Positions 14,431 through 27,369 of a stretch of DNA of 64,000 nt are shown here, in pieces. The DNA comes from Azolla caroliniana (lineage: Eukaryota > Plantae > Polypodiophyta). Location of the stretch: assembly GCA_043228905.1 (NCBI GenBank), contig JBHGNT010000006.1, positions 4,278,001 to 4,342,000 on the forward strand, given 5' to 3'. A program made the translations under genes and the position numbers. Each line of letters begins with the position of its first letter. Positions within the stretch are counted from its first letter, which is position 1. A model generated the notes under the pieces. That model was not told where the DNA came from. It worked only from the letters and a program-made list of their open reading frames with translations, and did not search any database.

Positions 14431-17400
14431 GCCTTCCAAGGTGTTTAATTAGAATAGGTGTTGAATCTATGTGGGGCACATTGTACATTATTATTACTTT
14501 TGAGAACATAGGGTTGATAGGGATGAATTTCCAGTTAATAGAATAACGCGTGTGTAGAAACATTACTAGCATACTGTCTTTAGGTTTGTTCACAATTTGG
14601 AACCAAGTCCCTTCAATACATGCTTCCTTAACCCTTGAATGTGAATCTTTTTCATGTAAGTATCCCAATCAATGTCATTGAAGTCGAAGCCAAATACTTT
14701 TTTTCTTCAGTTGATAGATCTTCATAGAGTTGACGTATATTTGAATTGTCAAATCTATAAAAATAGGAATAAGTTGGTTGATATATGGAGAATTAGGATG
14801 AAGTAGAGCATTGTCTATTAATGTAATTTGTTGCATAAATTTCTATCTATAGTTACTTCTAAGAAAATCTATACATGATTTGATGTTAATAGACAAACAT
14901 ATGACTATATCAACCATCGTGTAAACATGAGAGAACATAAAACACGAAATCCAAACATACATGCATAGTGGAGACAATAAAATCTATTAATGTTGTTGTT
15001 TCATGTGTCTGCAAGATAATATCTTATAAATAAGAGGTATGAAGATGTCATTGTGTATAGAACCAATGTATATTCACGATATGTAACCAAGATGTGTTAA
15101 GTGGGACCTACCTTCCTCCATAGAACGTATAAGGGTGATATATATTCACTATTTTGAGTGCGCGCTCATTGGCTTTGAGAGCTTGTTGTTGGTATGACTT
15201 GGAAGGCTTTGGAGTTGAACCCTAGACATAGTAAAGCACAATATTGCTTAGTATTTTTGGAGTTGAGTATCGACTCTCCATTATTGAATGAGAGAGTGAT
15301 ATATTGTAGTATTTTTTATCATACAATCAATAGAATTGTCTTCTTATTTTTGCTAATTAAAAAGGAAGATAATGAAAAGTGCCCCACAAGAGAAGAAGAC
15401 ACTCCTGAGACAAATGGCCATTCTTGGCTTGAAGAAAATATATAATTAAGTATGACACTGTGATGTTGGGTGTCACATTTGTGTCTCTTGGCGTCTTGAT
15501 AATCTAGTTTTATATATAACGATTCATTTTTTATATAGGAATTCTAATCCAAAAGTGGATATAATAAAGTTCGTTAAGGGGATTCGTGGCATCATTTGAG
15601 TTAAGTATATAATTAAGGAATGCGATGAGAATAAGCCATCAAATAGTATTCCTTACACTCTAGATGTGTTTGATACACTCATGCCTTTGCTCCAAAATGG
15701 TGCGCTTGACTATGGACATGTAGACCAGCCAAGTGAGTTTCAAAGTTCTGAAAATTTCCAGCAAATAAGTGCTGAAAATGCACGAAATGTCCAACCAAAC
15801 ATGGTTGAACATTTGTAACAAAATGTGGTTTAAAATGAGCATGAAATTCAGCCCACGCATGATGTACATATTGAAGATGTATTACATAATGAGTGTATGT
15901 CTATTAAGAGTGCACAAAGTATGTCAAATTGGAAAATTGAGTGCACCTTTACTTGGTAGAACAAGATCAAGCTCTCACCATGCATCAAGTAATTTTGTGG
16001 ATTATTCTATTGTTGCAATAGCATGTAATGAGGAGCCACTTACTTTTGAAGATGCATGTGATGATCGACATTGGATGAGTGCTATCCAATTAGAAATAGA
16101 TTCCATACATAAGAATGGTACTTGGGAGTTATGTGAATTGCCAAAAGGAAAGAATGTCATTGGTACTAAGTGGGTTTACAAGATTAAACGAAAGTCTGAT
16201 GGTAGCATTGATTGCTAAAAAGCTAGATTGGTTGCCAAAGGATATGCACAACAATATGGCATTGATTATGAGGAAACTTTTGCACCTACTTCATGCATGA
16301 CTACCATTCGTACCATGGTTGCGTTGACTACCCAAAGAGGTTGGAAAGTGCATCAATTGGACATAAAAACAACTTTCTTAATTGGTGATTTGCAAGAAGA
16401 AGTTTATGTGAAGCAACCTCTTGGATTTGTTATGAAAGAGAAAGAGCATATGGTTTGTCGCTTGCATAAAACCTTGTATGGTCTAAAGCAAGCTCCACGT
16501 GCATGGTATGAAAAAATCCATAAGCACTTGATTGTTCTTGGCTTCACCTGTAGTCCAATTGAAATCACACTTTATGTATGCAAAGATGGGGTTGATCTTA
16601 TAGTGCTCGTTCTCTATGTTGATGTCATACTCTTGGCTGGGTGATGTGATGGAAAACTTGATATTCTTATGGCTGATTTGCAACATACTTTTGATGTCAC
16701 TTATCTTGATCTTTTGAGCTACTATCTTGGCACCCAGTTTGTATTTGTTGAAGGGGGAATGGTTATGCATCAAGGAAAGTATGTTGAAAAACCACTTCAA
16801 CGTTTTGACTTTGAGGATTGCAAACCCGTTTCTACACCTATGGAGATAGGATTTAGGTTCTCAGTTGAGGATTCTAGTGATGCATTTGATACTTCTCTTT
16901 ATCAACAAGTTGTGGGATGTCTTATATATGCATGCAATATAGTATGTAGTTTCCTAGTTGAGTCGATTCATGCATAGCCCTGACAAGCAGTGAAACATGT
17001 GTTTAGATATCTTAGGGGCAGTTTGAGCTTGGGTCTCTTTTATGGCAGAGGTACTCAGCCATGCTTGCATGCTTTTACAGATAGTGATTGGGATGCTTGT
17101 TACGATACTCGCGTGTCCACTAGTGGTAATTGATTTTTCCTTGGAAAGTCATGTATATCTTGGTTGAGTAAAAAGCAACCTACAGTGGCGACATCAAGTT
17201 GTGAAGCTAAGTACAAAGCAATTTTCACAGCTACAGTGGAGTGTATATGGCTGAGACGCGTTTTGATGGATCTTTGCATGGAGATTGATGTTGCTACACA
17301 TATTCTCACAGATAGTCAGAGTGCATTGGTTGTTGCACGACTATATTATCACTATGTGAGAGAGCACCTTCATGCAAGAGATATTGATTTGGTATATGTA

Positions 17401-17577
17401 CCTACACAAGATAATGTGGTAGACATATTCACCAAAGCTCTTCCACAAGAAAAGTTTGAAGCATTTCACAAAGCTTTAGGCTTATTTCCCTATGGGGGCT
17501 GATATGTTACTCCTTGTATGTGTTCACATCATTTGCTCTAGGGGGGTTTGTTACACTTGTGTTCCTCAACTAGATTT

Positions 17578-20500
17578 TGTTTTTAAGAATTAGGTAATTA
17601 AGTAAGGGTTGATTAGACCTAATTATGTGATTAAGTTAAGCGGAAGATTATGTGATATGTGTGTGTGTGTGTGTGAGAGGAAGACAGAGAGGAAGTTACA
17701 CTTATGAACACAAAGACAAGATGGGGGATGATTAAGTAGAGTGTATATTAAAAAGCATCATAAAATACAAAAATACCTACAATGAGGTATATATAGATCT
17801 CATCTGCAAGGGTGCACATGTGTGAGAAGAATATAGGTACTAAGGTGTAAGTCCTATATTAAATGTACTTAGGAGTGGAGGATCTAGAATATCCCACTTA
17901 AGTACCACTTAAGTACAAGGTCCTATTTAAGGATTTATAGTCAACACTTGGAACTAGATTCTATCTAGGAAACTACGAAGTTACATGGTTGACTAAATAA
18001 CTAAAACTAGTTGAGCTTTATATCTCAACACACCCCCTCAAGCTCAAGTGTGAGGCGTCCGACATCCTGTTCTGCTTTCGGCGTTGTCTGGCTTTCGACG
18101 TTAGCATTTTCGTGGTAGTTTTGGTTCCTCCCCCTCAAGCCTGTGACAAAATCTTGGGTTGATTGCTTTCAACTATCGTGGGCCATGAGCTACTTATGTA
18201 GAGTTCTTGGGCTCTTATTCGGCCGCTACCTTCATCGCGAAAGCATAATGATGGGCCATGTACTCGTTGTAGCCGAGTTAAGTGACGAGGTTCTTTTCTC
18301 TAGATGAGCGTCGAAGTTTTTCGCTCGCTGATGTGAGCGCCTTCTTGACTCCGGGTCTCCGCATGATGGGTACACCAAACTCACTGTCTAGTGAGTGAAC
18401 CGACACATCCGAATCACTATCGTAGAGGTGGTTGACTTCGTATTCGGGCATCTTACCTTTGCCTTTGTTTGATCTAGCCCCTAGTTGAGATGCGCTTGGA
18501 AGGTTTGAAGGCTCGTGTGGTCCACTTAGCTCGGTAGAGCTTGTATTGTCCTTTGGTAATGGAATTGTCCGAATATCGTCCTCCGAGTTGACGTTCAACT
18601 CTTCCCCAATCGGGTCAGGTGGAGTCGAATCAGGCTTATACCAAGATGCCAATTCGTCGAAGACTACGTCTCGACTTACCCGAACCGCTCGGATCGAAGG
18701 GTTGAAGCACATGTATGCCTTCTTCTCGGACGAGTATCCTACGAGGATACATTTCTCCGACTTTGCATCGGGCTTCTGTTGGTTTTCATTGGGGATGCGT
18801 ACATTCGCAATGCTTCCGAACACCTCGAGGTGCGATAGGATCGGCTTCCTTCTAACAAGGAGCTCGTATGGAGTTGGCTCATGCACTCCATTAGTGGTGC
18901 ATCAATTCATGAGATAGACAGCCGTGGATGCTGCTTCGGCCCAATAGAAGTTCGGCATGTGCTTGTCATGCAACATGGCCCGTGCTACCTCGATTATTTG
19001 TCGATTCTTCCTTTCGGCGACTCCATTTTGTTGGGGAATGTGTCGGCACGAGAATTCTCTCCGAATGCCTTCACCTTGGAGGTCGAAGAGGAATTCATTG
19101 GAGAAGTTCTCCTTGCCTCCATCCGATCATAAGCATCGAATGTGCCGACCGATTTCTTTTTCGACTTATATCTTGAGCTTTTGAAAGTGGGAGAGCACTT
19201 CACTTTTCTTCTTCATCGGAAAGATCCATGTGTACCGCGAGTAGTCGTTGATAAAGGTGACGTAGTATCGGAATCCACTGATCGTCGGTGTTTGAGCCGG
19301 TCCCCATACATTCGAGTGTATGACCTTGAGGAGGCCTTTGGTTACAGAGCTCTCCTTCGGGAATGGGAGTCAATGTTATTTGTCGAGTTGACATGCATTG
19401 CACACTCGATCGAATTGTTTCGACTCGAAGGCTTGGAGTCCGATGATGATTCCCTTTTATTGCATAGCTCGGAGCCATTGGAGGTTGACGTGGCCGATTC
19501 TCTTGTGCCACAACTCGATGCTTGTCTCGGTTTTGAGATATTTGACATACATGGCTGATTTCACTTCGTTCGAATCAAGGATGAACATGCGACCGTCCCT
19601 TGGCTATGAGTCGGCCATCTTTCTCGATGAAACAACCTTTGTTGTTGAAGCGGACTTGCTCCATGATTTGGCCGAACGAGACCAAATTCTTTATTATTGT
19701 GGGCACGTGGAAGACATTCTTGATGCAAATTTGTTCGCCTTCTTTCTCGAATGGGACATTGCCAATGTGCCGAATGGGATGTGTGGTGTTGTTTCCCGTC
19801 TTTATGAAGTCACGAAACCACTCTTGGTGTGACGTCATACGATGTGAGGAACTGGAGTCAACGAACCACACGTTTTCCGAGTTGGAGGTGCTCGTGAAGT
19901 TAGAGACCAACATAGAGTTCGCTCTATGTCTCATTACGAATAGTCCACCATAATCGTCGTATTCAGAGTTGGTAGCGTAGTTTGTGACTTGTCATCTTGT
20001 CGAAGCTGACTCCTCTTCTTTCGGCACTCCTCTTCGCGATGGCCGATTTTGCCGCAATAGTTGCAAGTAGCGGGTCACGTTTGCTGACCTTGTTCAGCAT
20101 GGAAGCTCCACCTTCCCTTGAAGGTACCTTGATGGCTTCCGACTTCTTGTCGAAGGTTTGAGTTCCCTTCATGAGATGGGCCGAATTGACCTCTTCTACC
20201 ACTGCGACCTCATCCTTGGCCACGTCCCAATTCGAGAAGAACATTTGTCCTTCTGACGTCTTGGTCTTGGTTCAGATGTGGTTCTCTTAGACCAATAACA
20301 TTGATTGGAGGTCGAAGAACGAAGGCGTATTTTCTCTCGCCAAGATTGCCATCCTCAACGGGTCGAATCGTTGTGCGAGGCCACCCAAGCATACTTGAAC
20401 CATCTCGTCTTCGTCAACGTTTATGTTGATGGAACCAAGTGAGTCGCAAATGCTCTTGATCTTGGCGGTGTAGTCCGACACAGACATATCTTAGTGCCAA

Positions 20501-22439
20501 ATGTTGTTCAACTCTTGCTAGAGTTGAAGTTTGCGGGCGGTTGTGTTGGCGGCAAACATTTTCTTCAAGTTCTCCCACGCCTCTTTAGGCGTCTTGGCAT
20601 CTTGAATGTGGCTAAGCATGTGGTCATGGACACATGTTGCCAAGCATTACATTACTCGACTCGCCACTTGCTCCCATGTTGAGTAGTCGACGTTCTTTGG
20701 GTCGTGTTGATTTTCTTGTGCACCGTTCATGTAGCTCCAATACTCTTGGTGGACGAGGTATTGGTTCATCTTGTACTCCCAAGATGAATAATTGCTCCGG
20801 TCTAGCTTCTCACTAGGGAGTGAACTACCCATTTGTGTGTTCATGTTGATTGTAGTGTCTTCCGTTGTTGTGGTGTGGCTTAGCTAGAAGCGTGGCGTTG
20901 CGCAGACAAAAGATAAGGTGAAAGTGAGGAAGGAATCACTAAGATTATGGACAGAAGAGACGAAAGAGTAGAGATGAAGTGAATAGAGATCAACAGGATA
21001 TGGCAAGGTAGGATTTTTAAGAAATATGAGATATGGCAAGATAAGATATAAAATGATATTTCAAAACATGTAGGAAATTTATAATCATTATCATGAAAGA
21101 GTTACAAAATGGCTGCGAGCGTTGTTGGACCTTCGATTTTTGTCTCACAAAGTAACCACACTTCCCTTCCTTTATAGTAGACCATAATCTTCCCTTCAAA
21201 AATCTTTCGACGAGGATAAGACTCGAACCACCGCCCTTCAGTTGTGAGTTGAGGACCACAACCGCCAAGCTAGTTCTCCTCTAGTCTTTTAAAGATACCT
21301 CTCCCTCTTTGTCTATTATGATCTATTATAATTCTCTCTTGATCCAATATAATTAGATTCAATCTTATTTCTTGGTATCTTTGTGACTACATCCCCTTCT
21401 CTTTTTATAGCAAAGGGATAGTCTTGTATGTGGTCCATGTGGCGTATATGCAAATAGGTTCTTGCATGTGTGCTATATGGTGCACATGTAATACCAATGT
21501 TTACAATATTTAATGCTAAGTGATTGTGACTGAGGCTTTCAAAGTTGAGGTGGTGGGTTTGAGTCCTCTCTAGTGCATGTAATGCAATTGTTTTTCTTTT
21601 TATGGCCATTGTATATATTGTATACTATTTATATAGACTACATATTGTGAATGTTGGCTAATTGGTAACATGTGAGGCTCATAAGGCAGAGGTTGTTAGT
21701 TCAAGTCCTCTCTTGTCCTCATAATAGAGTGTTTTACTTTATTCACCTATATAATGTATAATATTATATAAAACACTATCAATATTCTTTTTATTTTAGT
21801 TATGTATTTATCTTATTGTAGACTTTTGATGTGAAGCTTTCATACTTCACGATATCATTTTACTTCACGTACACGTGCTACGTAGCGGCACTACGGTAGT
21901 GGGTAACCGGATTTTGTTGTTTGCGTCTCGAACACACAATCATGGAGAGTCGGGTGGGCTTAGTGGATGTGCTAAACCACACACTCTAATACCATGTTAA
22001 GAATTAGGTAATTAATTAAGGGTTAATTAGTACCTAATTATGTGATTAAGTTAAGCGAAAGATTATCTGATATGTGTGTGTGTGAGACGAAGACAGAGAA
22101 GAAGTTACACTTATGAACACAAAGACAAGATGGGGGATGATTAAGTAGAGTGTATATTAAAAAGCATCATAAAATACAAAAATACCCACAATGAGGTATA
22201 TATAGATCTCATGTGCAAGGGTGCACATGTGTGAGAAGAATATAGGTACTAAGGTGTAAGTCCTAAATTAAATTTACTTAGGAGTGGAGGATCTAGAATA
22301 TCCCACTTAAGTACCACTTAAGTACAAGGTCCTATTTAAGGATTTATAGTCAACACTTGGAACTAGATTCTATCTAGGAAACTACGAAGTTACATGGTTG
22401 ACTAAATAACTAAAACTAGTTGAGCTTTATATCTCAACA
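17578..22439 (-). mobile_element. Ty1/copia element B lacking RT/RNaseH, copy 1, nested in the LTR of A
   Basis: LTRs at 17578-18030 and 21995-22439. PBS TGGTATTAGAG is next to 21994 and PPT TGAGGGGGTG is at 18031-18040. Gag (EKLDRSNYSSW), protease (WFVDSS) and integrase remnants are present. The 5-bp TSD is decayed (GATTT/ACTTT). Confidence 0.9.
20866..21854 (-). mobile_element. Gypsy-type solo LTR with three tRNA-like modules
   Basis: Absent from the paralogous site at ~30658. Termini TGTTGTGG...TTCACGATA resemble the 60189 LTR reversed. The minus-strand TATA is at ~21402-21411. The decayed flanks read CCGT/TCAT. Confidence 0.8.
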
Positions 22440-22689
22440 ACTTTGATGTGAACCTTTCCCAACACATGGGCACTTTTTACTCTAGTGCTAGCTAGAGGTT
22501 TTTTCCCCATGTTACCACATACACGACTCACTCATATGTGGTGGTACTTAGTACTTAGGGATATATTTTTCAGCTCTTACTTGTTTTGTATTACTCATCA
22601 ATAGAGAGAGCTATTCCAACCATTGTCTTATTTGTGTGCTTCTCGTGTGTCTCTCACTCTTCCACACACACCCAACAAGGATGGTCTAC

Positions 22690-23300
22690 AGGTAGTTGTA
22701 ACATGTCAAAACGTTTAACAATGCAATGGCGTCTTCCTTGGGCTTGGTATAATTCCTTAAATGTGCTAAAACAATATTCACACCCACCATCGCTCAACTA
22801 GGTATCAACGTGGATATTCTCATTGGAAGCACTCTACTTGATATGTATGCAACATGTGGAAGTTTATGAGATGCGTATAAAATCTTCGATGGTCTGATAT
22901 CCCTCAAGGTGGGTGCCGATCACATGGCTTTACATGAAGGCATGCTCATACATGTTGAAATCATGGATCGAGGCATACAAAAGGACCTCTATACCATAAT
23001 GTTTTGCTTGGGTTTTACGTTAAATGTGGAAAATAGAGGATGCTTGGTCAAGTCTATCAACGAAGGATTCATGGCTAGCCATTGTCTTACACAAGATGGG
23101 TTGGGGAAGGATGTCACTTCCTTTCCATCTATTTTGTATTTTGTAGCTGATAATTTTTTCAAAACTAATGGAAGGATATGTTTTCTTGAAAAAAAAAAAT
23201 TCACACCCACTATCGGTTTGTAGTTGTTGAATGGATCTTTGTATTATATTTTCTCCTAATCGGATGCCATTTTTGAATGCTCAAGTTGCTTGATATTTGG
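22690..23300 (+). pseudogene. PLS-class PPR gene fragment, copy 1
   Basis: Reads DILIGSTLLDMYATCGSL*DAYKIFDGL, ALHEGMLIHVEIMDRGIQKDLY and FYVKCGK. These are typical PLS PPR motifs, here with stops and frameshifts. Confidence 0.78.
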
Positions 23301-24448
23301 TTTCTAAAAAGGTTATAACTTTAAAATGACTATAATCATCGACAAAGCTAATAAAATAATGAGATCTAGTTATTGATTTTGTAGGCGATTCATGTATTTG
23401 GCAGTGATGGACACATACGGTATAGGTTACTGATTTTGGATACTTACCATGGCCGAGGTAACAAAGACCTAAATCATTTGTACTCCTAGCTGGTAGTTAA
23501 GATTACTGCACAAACCCTTTTTATGTTTAATAACATTTTAATGGTCTATCCTTGCCAATTATTAAATAATCTTTGAGAGCAACAAAGAGGATTAGTTTGT
23601 GGAATGTTATTAACAGCCATATGCATTTGTAATCCCTATGGTTCATACTACAGATTACACGTATAGAGACAGAGTTTTCCAGGACCACATTCGCTAGTAT
23701 AGCAGGTTCTCATATAATTAAGCTCGTCCAATTTTAAGAAATCTGCATTACTAGGCTCTAAACTTTAATCTTTAACCTGGCTACAATGAGCAGTCAATTA
23801 ATATACCTTTGGCAACGAAGCCAGTGGCACCAGTTATGAAGATGTTCTTGTCATGGAGGAAAGGGATGATGGCAAGGCCCGGTGGAGAATGCAGGTCATG
23901 AGGGAGAGATTGAAAAGGCTCCAGGAGCTCCTCAGACCGCGAGCTACTGCACTTCCTACTTCTGTTAGGGTTGGGAAGTACTAGCTTTGAGCCCATGGTC
24001 TCCATGAAGAAATAAAGATTTATTGATGACTAGGGAATATGGAGAAGAAGAAAGAGAAGAGAGAGAGAGAGAGAGAGAGATAGATATAGATGATTCCTTT
24101 TGTTGCCTATGGCTTATATTGGGAAGGGGGCTAGGGTTCACATCCATTTATAAAGATGGGGGTACTCAATAATGGGGGCCAAATGAATTGATAGGTAGCT
24201 TACTAGCTATGGATGATTTGAAATCATTAAATATATACCCAATGGGTTGGGACACATATTGGAAATTTTAATTGAGTTTTACAAGTTGATGGCTAATATT
24301 AGTCATTATAATTGTGCACTGTATTTCTGATCTACAGGATGGTTTGAACCCATGATAATAGCGACATATTTAGGTGTACTCAACTATATTAGACATGGTC
24401 GGTTAATCCTCCAAGTGACCTCTCTCAAATTGAGGCTCAATCAGAGCT

Positions 24449-24787
24449 CGTTAGAGAAAATAAAATGTATTTCTCTTAAATCACATGGGCCTCAACCCAT
24501 TATTTAAGAAGATAAAAGGTACTAATTAGGTCAACGCATGAGAAAGATATTATTATTACATCATACAATGTTCAGTTAGTGGCAGGCAGGATTAAGTCAA
24601 CCTATTATTTAAGCAACCCTCGTTAGAGAAAATAAAATGTATTTCTCTTAAATCACATGGGTCTCAACCCATTATTTAAGAAGATAAAAGGTACTGATTA
24701 GGTCAACGCATGAGAAAGATATTATTATCACATCATACAATGTTGAGTTAGTGGCAGGCAGGATTAAGTCAACCTATTATTTAAGTA
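24449..24787. repeat. ~170-bp tandem duplication in FAR-C upstream region
   Basis: CGTTAGAGAAAATAAAATGTATTTCTC...CCTATTATTTAAG occurs twice here. It is single-copy in the homologous FAR-B upstream region (41453-41642). Confidence 0.9.
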
Positions 24788-27369
24788 GATAAAGGCATTG
24801 TTTAAGTCAACCCATTATTGCAATCAATAGTCTGATGTGTTGTTAAGAAAGGAGCAGCGGACAAAATGGTGAACATCACAGAAAACATTTTTGGCGAGGA
24901 CCCGAGAAACCCTCATTTTATTATCTTACATACTTAGTGATAAATAGTGAGAATTACCTTTTTGGCCTTTCTCACTATCTATCAATCTCCCACTAAAGGC
25001 CAAAAATGTATGGTGCAATATACACATCAATGTATGGTGCAATATACACGTCAACATAATGGTGTGTGGAGCGCAAAAATAGAACACTCTTAGAGATGGC
25101 ATGATGTATGGTTAAAGGAAAGCATCTTCCTAACAAGTTTTGGATGGAAGCGGTTATGTGTGGAAATTATGTGTTGAATCATTGCCCTACAAAAGGATTG
25201 AGAATCATTACTCCATATGAGGCTTGGAATGGACATAAACCTATGGTTAGTCATTTGCGTGTGTTTGGTTGTTTGGCATATGCTCTTGTGCCATCACAAC
25301 ACCGTCACAAACTTGATGACAAGGCAAAGAAATGCATATTTGTTGGTTATAGCGCTAAAAGTAAGGGATATCGTTTGTACCATCCATTGACGGACACAAT
25401 TATTGTGAGTTGACATGTGGTATTGTTGAAAATTCAACTTTCCCTTTTCTTGAATGCGAAAAGCAACTAATAGTTAGCTCACAAGATGTGTTTGATACGC
25501 TGATGCCTTTGTTCCAAAATGGTGCGCTTGACTATGGACATGTAGAGCAGGCAAGTGAGTTTCAAAGTTCTGAAAATTTCCAGCAAATAAGTGCTGAAAA
25601 TGCACGAAATGTCCAACCAAACATGGCTAAACATTTGCAACAAAATGTGGCTGAAAATGAGCATGAAATTCAGCCCCCACATGATGTACATTTTGAAGAT
25701 GTATTACATAATGAGTGTATGTCTATTAAGAGTGCACAAACTATACCAAAGTGGCTGAAACAACAAATTGAGTGCACCTTTACTTGGTAGAACAAGATCA
25801 AGCTCTCAACATGCATCAAGTAATTTTATGGATTATTCTATTGTTGCAATAGTATGTAATGAGGAGCCACTTACTTTTGAAGATGCATGTGATGATCCAC
25901 ATTGGATGAGTGCTATGCAATCAGAAATGGATTCCATACATAAGAATGGTACTTGGGAGTTATGTGAATTGCCAAAAGGATCATTGAACACTACAAAACT
26001 AGAGTGGTTGTCAAAGGATATGCACAACAATATGGCATTGATTATGAGGAAACTTTTGCACCTACTTCACGCATGACTACCATTCGTACCATGGTTGCAT
26101 TGGCTGCCCAAAGAGGTTGGAAAGTGCATCAATTGGACATAAAAACAACTTTCTTAATTGGTGATTTGCAAGAAGAAGTTTATGTGAAGAAACCTCTTGG
26201 ATTTGCTATGAAAGAGAAAGAGCATATGGTTTGTCATTTGCATAAAACCTTGTATGGTCTAAAGAAAACTCCACGTGCATGGTATGGAAAAATCCATAAG
26301 CATTTGATTGTTCTTGGCTTCACATGTAGTCCGATTGAAAGCACACTTTTTATACGTAAAGATGGGGTTGATCATATAGTGCTTGTTCTCTATGTTGATG
26401 ACATACGGTTGACTGGGTCATGTGATACAAAACTTGATATTCTTATGGCTTATTTGCAACCTACTTTTGATGTCACTTATCTTGGTCTTTTGAGCTACTA
26501 TCTTGGCATCCAGTTTGTATCTGTTGAGGGGGAAATGGTTATGCATCAAGGAAAGTATGTTGAAAAACCACTTCAGCGTTTTGACTTTGAGGATTGCAAG
26601 TCGGTTTCTACACCTATGGAGATAGGATTTAGGTTCTTAGTTGAGGATTCTAGTGATGCATTTGATACTTCTCTTTATCAGCAAGCTGTGGGATGTCTTA
26701 TATATGCATGCAATACAAGGCCGGATATACAGTATGCAGTTTCCCAGTTGAGTCGATTAATGCATAGCCCTGGCAAGCAGTGAAACATGTGTTTAGATAT
26801 CTTAGAGGCACTTTGAGCTTGGGTCTCTTTTATGGCAGAGATACTCAGCCATGCTTGCTTGCTTTCACAGATAGTGATTGGGCTGGTTGTTACGATACTC
26901 ACGTGTCCACTAGTGGTAATTGCTTTTCCCTTGGAAAGTCATGTATATTTTGGTTGAGTAAAAAGCAACCTATAGTCGCGGCATCAAGTTGTGAAGCTGA
27001 GTACAAAGCAATTTTCACAACTACAGTGGAGTGTATATGGCTGAGACGCGTTTTGATGGATCTTTCCATGGAGATTGATGTTGCTACACATATTCTCACA
27101 GATAGTCAGAGTGCATTGGCTATTGCACGACTATATTATCACTATGTGAGAGAACGCCTTCATGCAAGAGATATTGATTTGGTATATGTACCTACACAAG
27201 ATAATGTGGCAGACATATTCACCAAAGCTCTTCCACGAGAAAAGTTTGAAGCATTTCGCAGAGCGTTAGGCTTATTGCTGTGTGGGGGCTGATCTGTCGC
27301 TCCCTGTATGTGTTCACATCATTCGTTGTAGGGGGGTTTGTTACACTTATGTGTTCCTCAAGTAGGTTT

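Larger units (their letters stand above)
15660..22677 (+). mobile_element. Ty1/copia element A, 5'-truncated, copy 1
   Basis: RT motifs (KWVYKIK, HQLDIKTTFL, LYGLKQAPRAW, YVDV) and RNaseH (DNVVDIFTKAL) with stops. A PPT TAGGGGGG precedes a 3' LTR from TGTTAC (17549) to CCAACA (22677) that is interrupted by element B. Confidence 0.88.
14590..24005 (-). pseudogene. FAR copy C: exon 1 (24005-23807), exon 8 (15221-15112), exon 9 (14754-14590); exons 2-7 missing
   Basis: Exon 1 reads METMGSKLVLPNPN...[19 protein letters not shown] with a GT donor. Exon 8 is intact (...[12 protein letters not shown]). Exon 9 is 165 nt because of a 1-nt loss in a T homopolymer, and ends KGLGSKL* in the ancestral frame. 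The middle of the gene is replaced by a retrotransposon block. Confidence 0.85.
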
